Of a DNA stretch of 64,000 nt, positions 22,001-34,000 are shown piece by piece. Source of the DNA: Klebsormidium nitens. Its lineage: Eukaryota; Plantae; Klebsormidiophyceae. The notes under the pieces were generated by a model, which did not search any database, was not told where the DNA came from, and saw only the letters and a program-made list of their open reading frames with translations. The stretch's first letter is position 1, and every line of letters begins with the position of its first letter. Where the stretch lies: the NCBI GenBank assembly GCA_000708835.1, contig DF237127.1, positions 96,239-160,238 on the forward strand, in the 5' to 3' direction. A program made the translations under genes and the position numbers.

Positions 22001-25000
22001 NNNNNNNNNNNNNNNNNNNNNNNNNNNNNNNNNNNNNNNNNNNNNNNNNNNNNNNNNNNNNNNNNNNNNNNNNNNNNNNNNNNNNNNNNNNNNNNNNNNN
22101 NNNNNNNNNNNNNNNNNNNNNNNNNNNNNNNNNNNNNNNNNNNNNNNNNNNNGGGGCACGGGCTGGGTCCCCTTCAGAAACCTGCGGCCGACCCTTCGCT
22201 GGGCGGGAAAACGGTGGCACATGCTCAAGAATCTGACTGGCCCGCTTGGCAAGATCGTCGTTCCAGTCGGGGGGTCAGGGTCGCCTGCAATCGAGGCCCC
22301 CGGCGCCGTAGGGGGCTCAGAATCGAAAACAACAGGGACCCCCAGGAAGCGCGGCGGCTCCGCAGGGGGGTCGAACAAGGAGACGGAAGAGGCCCCCAAC
22401 GGATTAGTAGGGGGTTTGGGATCAGCGGCGAAAGAGACCCCCCGCAAGCGCCCCGGCTCAGCAGGGGGTACAAAAGCGGAGGCAAAAGCAACCCCCCGAA
22501 AGCGAGCCGGCTCAGCAGGGGGTTCGAAACCAGAGGCGAAAGGAACCCCCGGGAAGAGGCCTTGCGGACCAGCAACAGAAGCCGGGCCTGAAAGGGTTGC
22601 GAAAGCGGGCAAGCCTGCGGCGGACGCCTCGGCAGCCAGAACAAAACCCACTCCTAAGCCGGGCATGTCCGAGAAAGGCGCTGAGACACTGACAGAACGG
22701 AGCCCCCCGAGAGTGCGGCCGCCTCCCAAGGTCCGAACCCCTCCAGAAGTGAAGAAACCCCCGGAAAAGCAGGAATCTCCAAAAGTGCGGATACTTCATG
22801 AGGTGCAGGACTCCTCTAAACCGCGGCTGCAACCGGAGACGCTGTCCCTGCCCAAAGTGCACATCCCTGAGAAAGTGCAAACCCCCGAAGAAGCGCGAAC
22901 GCCTCCAAAGGTGCAGAACTCTCCGAGACCGCGCCACCTCTACAAAGTGGGAGAAAGGCCTCCAGAAGACGCGGGCCCCCCTGAGGGGGGGCAAACTGAG
23001 GAGCGGCCAAGGGGAGTGCCCGGGAGAAAGTGCTTCGACTGCGGGACAGAGAAGACCACTGCGTGGCGACGGGGCCCCTTGGGCGATAACACGCTGTGCC
23101 AGACGTGCGGGGTGCGTTACTGGCTGATGAAACTGAGGGAGAAAAGGTTGGGGAGGTCGGAGACGTTTGAACGGGAGCGGATCGAGGCGGTGCAGAATCC
23201 GGGGCCTGAGGGGGCGACAGGTGGCAGCGGGCTAGGGATGACAGGTGGCGGCGCCCCAGAGGTGACAGCTGACGGCGGGCCAGAGAAGAGCTGTATGCAG
23301 TGTGGGAAGTGGAGGAGAACCAAATTGAGTCAATGGCGGACGGGGCCGCCAGGGAAAGAGACGCTGTGCAACGAGTGCGGGCTGCAATTTCGCAGGCTGG
23401 GCCCCGATTGGGTGCCAGGTGGCGCCCTTCTATTGGCCGAAAGCACCGCGCCAGTACAAGCTGGTGCGGGCAGGTACTTAGCCAAGCGGGGAGAGCCGAC
23501 GAAGGGGTTACGCAGCACGAGTGCGGGGCCGATCGGACAAAAGGGGGGTACAAAAACAGGCGTTGAGGAGGGGTGGTGGAGAAAACCCGGGTTGGGCAGT
23601 GGCAGCTTCTTTGACAAAAAAATAGACCGGTCGGCGCTGGAAGGAAAGGGCACGGAGAAGCTGACGAGTTCGGCAAATGGGGATCCATTCCGCCTCCAAA
23701 GGCCGCCAGCCTCTTTTGCGGGCCCCCCTGGAAAGCCGAGGCAAGGCCCCCCCGCGGAGAAGAAGCGGGCGGCACGAGACTTGGAGTCGTCGAGTTTGTC
23801 GGAGTCTTCGAAGCGGATGCGGATCCAGGGCAACTCGGTGAGGAGTGCTAGTGCGAGGATCATCGGACAGGCCCTCAGAAACGTCCGGATACGGCCAGAC
23901 GCTTCCGGCGCGTCCGAGAAAGCTGTGTCCGGAAATGCCGCGTCCGAAAAGGCTGTGTCCGTAAATGCCGCGTCCGAAAGCAAGGAGAGGAACGTCGAGA
24001 GAGAACGAACGGCGGCCGGAGATGAGGGGGCGCAAGCGAAAGGAATTTGGACGCAGCCCGACGCTTCTGCTGCGGCCGAGTGCGACGTGTCCGAAAGCAT
24101 GGCGCCTGAGAAGAACGTTGAGACGGAGAGCGAAGGGGCCGAACAGAAAGAGGCGAAAGCAGAGCGAGAGAGGAAACAGCGGGCAGAGGCGCGGAGAAAG
24201 AAACGGGAAAGGGTCTGGCGGCTGAAAGCACAGCTGGCGTGTTCGATTGGCGAACCGAAGGGGCAAAAGGTTGCGAGGCTGAAAGCACAGCTGGCATGCT
24301 CAGTAGGCGAGCCTATCGGGAAGAGAAAAAGGCTTACGCGGCAAGAGGCGAGGAGAGAGGATGGCGAGGTGGGGGTGAAAAGCGGGGCGGCGAAAGGGGG
24401 GCCGACGAGCGGAAAGCGAATCGATGTAGAAAAGGGAGGGCTTACGAGAAATCGGGGTGCTTCAGATACGGGGGGTGTAGATAGAGGGCTTAGCAGCGCC
24501 GCTAAGAAACTAGCGGTGTACGAAAAGCTGAAGCGAGTGGTGGGGGGTTCGGACAAGGTGACGCGTCCGAAAGGACGTCCGAAGAGAGGGCGTCCGAAGA
24601 AGGGCGCGGCGCAGGAATCACCGAGGCGGAATCCGAAGAGGGGGAGAAAGAGCGACGAGGAAGAGAGCAGCGAAGAAAGCGACCCGTTACGGGGTGGAAT
24701 TAATGAAGGAAAAGAAAGTGCGGGCGTAAGGGAGAAGGAAAAACAGGGAGTGTCAAAGCCACCGAAGCAGAAAGGGCCGGGACGGCCGGTGTTTTGGGGG
24801 GTCAATTTGGACGAGTTGATCGTTGAAGAGGAGTTTGAGCTGCCGGAGAAGGTCCGGGCGCGGGCGGAGAGGGAACGCAGGGAGGTTAGGCGACGGTTAA
24901 GCGAGGTTAGCGGTGCAGGTGGCGAGGCGGGGAGCAGCGGGAGGGATCCCTCGGGAATAGAAGAGGTGCTTATTCACAGTGTGAAAGTGCCGGGGAAGAC

Positions 25001-28000
25001 AAGCCGTGGGGAGAGTGTTGTCGAGAGCAAGAAAGCTGGAGCGAGGAGCGATGCGGCGGGGCTCGAGACGGGAAGAGCGCGGTGTTTTGCGGGAGTTTTA
25101 ACGGAGATAGGCGCGGGGGAAACTCCGCTCCTCGGGCAGGAAGGAGCGGACGATTCGGGGGGTAGTCGGGCCAGTGAAACGATTCCCCTAGGAAGCGCGC
25201 ACAAAGTGGCAAGCAGCGGGGGGGGTGCTGGGACCAGCGGTCGGACCCCCCCGGAAATCGAACAGCCACCACGGCCGGATGAGTTCGATCTAACGGAAGA
25301 GCTCGTCTCCTGTCTAGACAAGTCCGAGGCCTTGTCCGCAGCGGAAGAGCTTCTTAGTAGGTGGGAAGAGGTGTCGCTGGACGAGGTACGGGGCCTCTTC
25401 TTGATGGTCAATCTTTGGAGTCCGGACGAGGAGTCGCTGAAAGATCCCGTGGGGTGGTATCGGGACAAGATCGAGGCGCTCGCGTTCCGGGAACAACGGT
25501 TTGTGGAGGTTGGGAGTGGGGGGAATGCGGGGGTGTTTAGAAAGTGGGCGGTGAAAGATGACGACAGAGATGCAACAACGGAGGGAGAAAGGAGGCTTGG
25601 ATTTTCGGAAAGACTGGAAGCGGTGAGTGCGGGGTCACCATCACTAAAAGATTTCTTCACGTCTTAGCACGTAAACCCTCGGTTGATAGCAGACTTTACA
25701 CCCTCGTCGAAGCGCGCCAGCCACAGAGGGGAAAATGCTCGGTTCGCCTTCGCTTGTCCGCTTTGGAATTGCCATGCGGCTACATCGTTTTGGGTATTGG
25801 ATCCCCGAAGGTGACTCCTTCTCTGACCAGCAAAGCCCATCCATTCAATTTCTCGATAATCTCGTCGGTTGCTTGACAGCAGGAAGGATAAGAGGAATGG
25901 GAAGGAAAAGGCGCATGTGCAGGACGTTTTCTAATAGGACCTGTGCTCAGCTTGTGTTGAGGCATCTCAATCTCAACTTCTCAAGAGCTCTTCACACCTG
26001 TATCCTCCCTCAGGCGAAGGACGGGCCACTGGGCACTGCTCCTCTCGAAGCTGGCGTCAACTATGCCGACGTCAGCACCGCCGCTCCTCAGGCGCGAAGC
26101 CGTGAGCCTCTCGGGACGTTCCCCGTCAGTGGAACATTCGATGCGGAAGCTGCCAACGTCCCCGCTCCGACGTCAGCCAGTCTGGCAAATCCAACGTCGA
26201 AGACGGCTGAGATTTCGAGCGTTCCGGGCTCTAGAGGCGAAGCAGTGCGAAGGGACTTACTTTCTTCGGACGTCCTGCCTGGGCCTGGGGCGTCCGTTGC
26301 TCGGACGCTGTCCGAAGGTATGGCGGACGACCGTGGTGGGGGGCTGGAGTCGAGCGACGGGGTGAATCCGAAGAAGGGCCTCAATAAGGACGACGAACGA
26401 GAACCAATCGGCGGGCCTGTCCCAGACAACGGGCTACGAGGGAACGATACGATCTCGAGTAAGGAACTGAGTCCGAACGGAAGGCTAGACCTGACTGGGG
26501 GGTTACATTTGGGCCAGGGCCTGGCTGCGGGCGGAACGCTGGACTCGGAGTGGGGGGTTGTTTTGGATAAGGCGATGGGTGTGGAGAAAGAGTTGAATGC
26601 GAACGGGGGGCTGGGTTCACATGGAGGGCTGCGATCGGACGGGGATCCAAATAAGGACGAGGTTCTGAGGTCGGCCAAAGGGCCAGTTTCGGACGGGGCA
26701 CTGAAGGGGCCAAGTTCGGACGCGGGTTTGGACTTGAACGGGGGACCGAGGGCAGACGAGAGGGACCAGGGGCTGGAAACGGACGTTGTTCGGACGCTGG
26801 ACGGGGGCCTGGATATGGACGAGGGGCTGGATTCGGACGCTGGGTTACGTGCGGACGCGGGACCGAATCTGGGCGGGGAGCCGAATAAGGAGGAAGCGTC
26901 GAATGCAGACCGGAGGCTCTTTTCGCACGTGAAGGTGGCTGTGTCCGTGGGGCTTCATTCGGACAGAGGCCTGCCTGCGGACGACGGCCTGACTCAGAAA
27001 GACGTCCGAAAGTCGGTCGAGGCGCTCCACTTGGGTGAGAGGAAGGATCCAAACGACGGGCACACTGCGAACAAGGCTGCTCAGCGATCAAACGGCAGAG
27101 AGGGGATGATGCGTGTTGAGAAGAAGCGTTTGGTCGAAGACTCGGAGAGATCCGGCGGGATGGGGCTGGAGGGATCGGGGGGAGGCGTGACTGGAAACGC
27201 TTTGGAAACGCAGCAGGCAAGTCGGTGGTGACAACAGTCTGATTTGCGTTGTTAGCGCCTCCTATTTCATTGGTTCATTTCTTTTTTTGTGAGATTCCTC
27301 GAATTCTGAACCATTTGCTGGCTCTGACCACGCATGCTATGGGTTGTAATTCATGGATTCGATAACAAATATGTTGAAAAAGTCCTTTTTGGTGGAGGGA
27401 ACAGCCACACTTTTCGAAAATGTGGAGCGAAGAGCCACTAATGGGGCTGTTGCGATGCGTCTCTTCTAGACTTCTCAGATGATCGACATCGGCTCGAGTA
27501 GGCTTCTAGGCTTTTCAGGTGAACGACTTGGGGATTTATTCGAGCTGAATTTGGGGCACCGAAGGTAAAGCTCTTGCTGAATTTTTTTGCAAGCTATATC
27601 CAGGAGCAAAGACCCTGCTGCCAACCCTGGGTCTTTTCTCACAAGATAGCAATTTTGGAGAGATAGCAATGGTTGTCAAAGAAGGGTTGCGAAGAGACTA
27701 CTGTCACCTGTCAGCACCTTGTATCCATTATGGTAGGGTAAGACTTGTATTGGCGTAAAGAAGATGGGCTTACCCCCCGACCTAAGCTGCTCTCTGGAAA
27801 AAGAGAGCATTGCATATTGCATATTTGCCTTACGATTGCTTCCGTCTGTTTCCTTCTTCGAACTCACACCAACGACCGCTCTAATGCTCTTATCGGACCG
27901 CTCTGATGCTCCCTCATTCTTCTGTTCACAGGGCCTGCGGATACCTCCCCCCCGAGGGAACCCGCCTGCCGCCGCCGCGCCCGTTTGGTCCGAGCACAGA

Positions 28001-31000
28001 ACCCCCGACGGTCGCCCGTACTACTTCAACCGTGCGGTCCAAGTCTGCATATGGGAAAAGCCGTTGGAGCTGATGACCCCCCAAGAGCTGCATTCCCTCA
28101 ACGTTTGGAAGGAGCTCATCACCCCCGACGGGCGCGTTTATTACTCCAACAGACTCACGATGGCGTCGAGTTGGACTGTGCCGGAGGATCTTCGCGCAGC
28201 GGGGGGGGGCTGGGCTGCTGGATCTAAGGGGGGGGCTGCCTTCGCTGGTGAGGATTCTTTAGAATTGACTCTTCAACATAAGGATAATGAGCTGTAGGAT
28301 AAGCTCCTTAGCCACTGAGTCTTTTATCCCCAACGTTACGTGCTCCACAACCGTAAGCACCGTGAACCGCCAAACCAATTCCATCGGCCCCAGGCTGGTG
28401 ACTTCACCGTCAACGCTCCCGATCTCTAGACTGAATCTTCATGCTCTATGGTTGGGGTCTGGAGTCAGCAGGTGGGTTTTAGCGCAAAGATGTTGAAAAT
28501 TCAGCCGCTATCGATTGAGATTCTCAAAATACAGCAAGATTCGAGACGGGGGCCTTTGAAAAGCAATCGCCATGCCAGAGAAGCGAGGACGAGAGGGAAA
28601 CACTTCAACACTGTGGTTTGAAGAACCGCAGTGCTCCGCTCCTGTCGCTGAGTTGATCGTTGATCCCTTGTCGGATCCCGTTCCTTTTTGCGAAAGAGTC
28701 GTTGGCTGCTTCGTCAGTTTCTTGCAAAAGAAAAGTTTGAGCCAATCCATTGTAGTGAATACTTTGGTGGACGAATTTTCTGATGCTATAAGACAGTGTT
28801 CGGCTTAGGTCAAATCTACGGTTTCCGGCCATGCTGGTCAAGTAGGAAACTGACTTGCCACCCTTGTCATCAGACCCCTTCTGCGGTCGATCCTTTTGCA
28901 GTGTTTCTCTCGTCAAGTTGTAGAAAGTATCATCTCTTGGTCATGACACACGAAATCTTGCTGATTTTACGGCCTCGCTTGTTGAATTGTCTTGTTATTC
29001 TTACTCGAGAGCGCTTCGGTGTGTTCAAAGGTCAGGATCTCTCAGACCCTAATGCCTTGAAACCATTCTGCATTGCTTCCAGGTCCTATTGCTTCCCGGG
29101 CGTTTCCAGACGCCCAGCGAGCGGACTGGGACAGCCTGTTCCCCTGCATTGCGAACGGCTTCCCAACGGTTCCAGCGACTGAGCGGGCCACTCCGGACGT
29201 GCTGCGGACGCCTTTGGACGCACAACGAACGGTTCTGAGCGGCCGTCGGACGTTCTCGGACACGCGGCAAGCAGAACTGGACAGCCTGTTCCCCTGCTCT
29301 GCGAACGGCTTCCGAACAGTACTAACAACCCAGCCGGCGATTTCGGGCGGACTTGGGAGCGCTCCCGACGCACTGTGGACACTTTCGGAAGCACAACGAA
29401 CGGATCTAAGCGGCCGCCGGACGCTTTCGGACACCATGCAGAGGCTGTCGGACGCTGTCGCCGGGCGCAGCTCTGCAGAGCGCCCCTTGGCAGATGGTGC
29501 AATAAGGTCGAACCAGGTGTTAGCAGGGGACGGATTTACAGGGTCTCCCGACCCACTGCGGACGCTTTCGGACGCACAGCAAACGGATCTAAGCGGCCGC
29601 CGGACGCTTTCGGACACCATGCGGAGGCTTTCGGACGCCATTGCAGGGTGCAGCGCTACAGAACCCCCTTTGCAGAATGGTGCGATAGGGCCGAAACGGA
29701 CGTCAGCAGGTGCGAGAGGGTTGGGGGGCGGTGAAGAGGATGAAACGCACTGGTTAGCGGACCTGATCGTGGAGTCTCACGAACACAAGTGCGGCGCCGA
29801 GCAGGTTGGACCTCCACTTCAGGGGCCTAACCCGGCGCCCCAATTATTCCCGAACACACCCGGCTTAGTGAGCCCCCCAACCCAGAAAGCGTCGGCCAAA
29901 GTCACCCCTGTCCAGCCGCTGACCTCCCCAATCCCGCCACCCACGCCTAGTTACCCCCTCGCTCCTTCGAGCATTAGTGCCTGGTTAGCCAAACCCTCAG
30001 AAAACCCTCAAGACGGAGGGAAACGTCAAATTGTGTGCGGAGCAGGGGAGATGTTGGACGCTCGGACGAGTGCGGCAAAAAGTGGAGAAAAGCAATCTCC
30101 AAGTGTGAATACACGCCGGCCAGCGCCAGGTGTCCACCTACAGATGGCGCCAGGTGGCGTGCAGCGGCTGGTGCCAGGTGGCGCCGGGACGGTGACTGAG
30201 GTGCCACTTGGTGGCGCGTGGACTAACGGAACGGAAGGGAACGGATTTGAGGCTGGGGGCAGGTCTGAGCAAGTACCCGGTGGCACGCTTCCGGGGCGGG
30301 AGAATGGCGCGCACACAGGGGTGGAGACGGCGGGTCAACTAGGAGAGCTCGCGGGCGGTCCGCTGGGAGAATGCGGCGAACGGAATGGTAGTCGCAAAGG
30401 GTTGACCAACGACCGCAGCGCAGAGGTGAGGCTCCCCAAAATCCCGAGACGTTTTTAATGCAGTTGTTTCGATGTCGTTGGATGGCTTTGGGGATCATAG
30501 TGTAGCCGTCAAATTCCTCTTCAATTGAGAGTAGGGAAGAATGCTCTGCTTGGTACATGTTTTTTGATCGCGCCGGAAAGTCGTCCAGCCTCTCCTGATA
30601 CAATCAAAGTGCTGAACGTGCTACTAGAAAAGACAATTTCAATGCATTAGGAGCAAATTGAGGGACCTTTTCTGACGAAGCGTTCTTACGAATCCCCTGA
30701 TCAGGTGTGCACAAGCCATCGGTTTAAAAAGTCAACAAAGCTTTCCTGATGTCACGCTTACACACTAATAGATGCTTGTCCCTGCCCCGAAAAAGTACAG
30801 ACAGTCATGGTCATATCTTAACGTTCTTCCGTGGATCTGCAGGGTACGCAACCCGGCAACCCTGCGACGAGTCACTTCGTTCCTGGCAGAGACGGCCACC
30901 CCGGTCTTTGGCACACCATCCTTCCCGGTGGGGTTCTCATCTCCCAGTTCGGGACCCCCCCGGATGTAAACCAGGGGTCCATGCTCCCCCCTGCTACGAG

Positions 31001-34000
31001 TCCTGCACTGACACTGCAAAACGCCCCTGTTTCGAACCGGGGGGGTAATGCGGCCGGGTCAGAGACAACCAGAGTCGCCCCGCCGCCGATCTGGTTTCGC
31101 CGACGTGTTTCCGACAACCTTACGGTGTTCAGTCAGCCCCCCGCTTCCGTCCAGGGGGGCATGTCCCCCCGTCCCGCCACCATCTCAATGAACCCTTTGT
31201 CAGCCCCACCTTACGCTGCAGGGGGGTCGTCAAATCTTTGTGCTTCTCAAGCAATGGCCGCTGAGCTCACCCATGGTTTGTCTCAGGGGGTGGCTCCAAA
31301 CCCCGGGCCGGGGCAAATGCAGCCCCCCACAACGGTTTGGGGTGTTCCACGGCTGCCAATAAACCCCCGGGGGTTAGGAGCTATACCGATTTCCGCTCAC
31401 CCGAGAGCCTCTGGCGCGGCCATCATCGCCCTTCCAGCTCCGGGGAAACCTACCGAGGGGATCCCTTCACAAAGGGCAGCTGGGAAACGGGGCCGGCCCC
31501 TAGGGTCGAAGAACAAATCGAAGTGCCGTCAAGTGGCGATGTTGTCTTGGGAGGAGTTGCAGCAGATGAAGGCAGGGGGCAAAGAGTCGGTGTTTCTCGC
31601 TCTTGCCGCGTACGAAAAGCCGGCTCCGTTGGAAGCCCCCGATTCCGCTGCACTTTCGTCGCTGCCAGAGATTCCCCTTGACATGGTCGCGCCGGAAGAT
31701 TCAGCCAGGCAGCTCGGGCCAGCAAACACGCCGAAAAACACGCCGGAAATTGTGCCCAGCAAAAGCCCAGACTTCGCATCGGAGCGAGAGGGGGAGCCGG
31801 GGCCAGAAAGCACGCCGGATATCCCGCCCAGTAAAAGCCCGGTATTTGAACTGGGGCGAGAGGGGGAGCCAGGGGAAGGAAACAGTCCAGAGCTTATGCC
31901 CCGCGAAAGCCCGGTAACCGAAACGGGGCGAGAGGAGGGAGAAGCATCAGCGGACGAGGTCGGCCATCCAAATCGTGCGCAGTGCGCTCCGAACCGGGCT
32001 GAGACCGGTTCCCACCTGGCTGCGAATCCGGACGAGTCTCCCGCTGAGAAGAGTCCTAACGATCTGGATGAGTGCGAGGGGGCGGAAAGAGTGCTGGACA
32101 AGTTCGGACGTCTAAACGGTGCGGAGAGCGGTCCGAACCGGGCTGAAACCGGTCCCCACCCTGCGGCGAGTCCCTACGAGTCACCCGCTGGGAAGAGTCC
32201 AAACGGTTTGGACTGGTTTTACTCGCTACTCGGCCCTTCGGACCAATCCCCGCGTCCGCAAGCTGCGGTCGGTGGAAGTCCGGCAGTGGCCGCACGTCCG
32301 GAAGAACGGCCGGAAACCGAACGGCCGACGGCCCGGGAGTGCTCCGCTTGCCGCGTGTCCGAGAGTCCTCAGTGGAGGCGTGGCCCCACGGGGCCCCAAA
32401 GTCTGTGCAACCGTTGCGGGGTTTTTTGGTACAAGCACAGGGACGGGTGGGGGGATTTCCTGGAGCAATTCAGCCCCCCCTCAGATGGAGCGAACGGCCT
32501 GCCTTGCGGCAATGAAGAAAGTGCCCGGTTGGATGTCCCGGTCGCTTTTGAAGAGTGCCCGGAAGCCGTCGAAATCGCCCACCAGGCCGAGGCAGCGGCG
32601 GCGGGAAGCTTAGAGGGTTCGGAATCGCCGGACGGTCCGGTGTCGGCGGGAGTTCGGACGGTCGGACGCGCCACTTTCAGGGAGGTGACGAGCGAGGACG
32701 AGGTGGCTGCGGCGCTGGAGAAGAGCCTGCGGGCGGCTGCCACATGGCAGCGGATGGCGCACTCGCTCGCGCGGACCACCGGCCTGCGCTCGAGGCTGGA
32801 GGAGTTGGGAAAGGGGGGTGCAAATGGCGGGATTCCAGGGGGGGTGGACGGTGCGGGAAACGGAAGCGTGCTGGAGGCGTCGATAGAGGACGGGGGTAGC
32901 AACTATGCGAGAGCAACGCGATCCAGAAGAAGCCGCGAAAGTATGGAGAAGGCTCTATCGGGGGCTGCTGAGGGCCTGGGATCCGGGGGGGGTGCTGCGG
33001 CACATGAGGACACGGTGGAGAGGGATGCAGGTGGACAACTTGCAGGGGGTGCCGAATGCCTGGAAAATGGGGGGGGTGCTGCGAAGCAAACGGGGGAAGG
33101 GACTGCGGGCGTGCAACTTGCGGGGGCCGGCCGGAGGTACGGACCGGAGGAAATCTGGTGCGGGAGTTACCGGGGGCGATGGGGACCGGATGGGGCGTTT
33201 GTTTGGACGGACAGCAAGAGTGAGGGCCCTTGTTCAGCCCTCGCTTTTTTAGGACGACCGTTTGGTTCGAGGGAATTCGTATACCTTTTCTTTTCGGGGC
33301 GTTGTTTCAAGCGACAACAAGAGCGGGCGAAATACTCTAGCTTTTATAGTGATGCTGTCATGGACACAACCCGACGTGCTCACATGACATTGGAGACAAG
33401 GGTTGCTAGCCTAGACATACCACATTTCCTGGTCAGTGAAGTAAGGAGCGGTGCCCTTGAGGTCAATCTGCGCAATCACCCTGTTCACATCCATGCTTGT
33501 CTTTGCTTTCCAGGTCGCCGCGTCCGGTTCCGTTCCGGTGGCCTGGCCCAGCTGGAGTCCGGAACGCCCGTCAAACCAAAGGGGAAGAAGCGCGGACGCA
33601 AACCCGGGGCGCCAGAGTCCGCTTCAGGTGGGCTGGCCCACGCGGAATCCGGAACGCCCGTCACACCAACAGGGAAGAAGCGCGGACCCAAGCCCCGGGT
33701 GGCCGGGCCGTCCGACTCGGACGCCGACTTCCAAGCCAGGCGGGAACGGGAAAGGAAGCTGTGGGAAAAGCGGATGGACGGGTGTTTCGACCGCATTCAC
33801 GAAATCTTCTCGCGGGCGAAGCCGATCCTTGCTGCGCTGTCCGAAAGATTCCCGCCTGGGGAAGGCGACCGTCCGGTGTCCGCATCTCCTCCGGGCGATC
33901 CCAAGGTGTCGCCGGGATTCGACACTTTCGCGCTGAGGGGGTTGACGGACTGGGCAGACGAGGAGTGGGAGCTGACCCCCCTGCCGAACGGGGATCCCTC

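Noticed and set aside
21755-26678. Long antisense ORFs (e.g. 23330-24805, 24974-25660, 26088-26678)
   Set aside because: Expected antisense frames of GC-rich, low-complexity coding exons; no domains.
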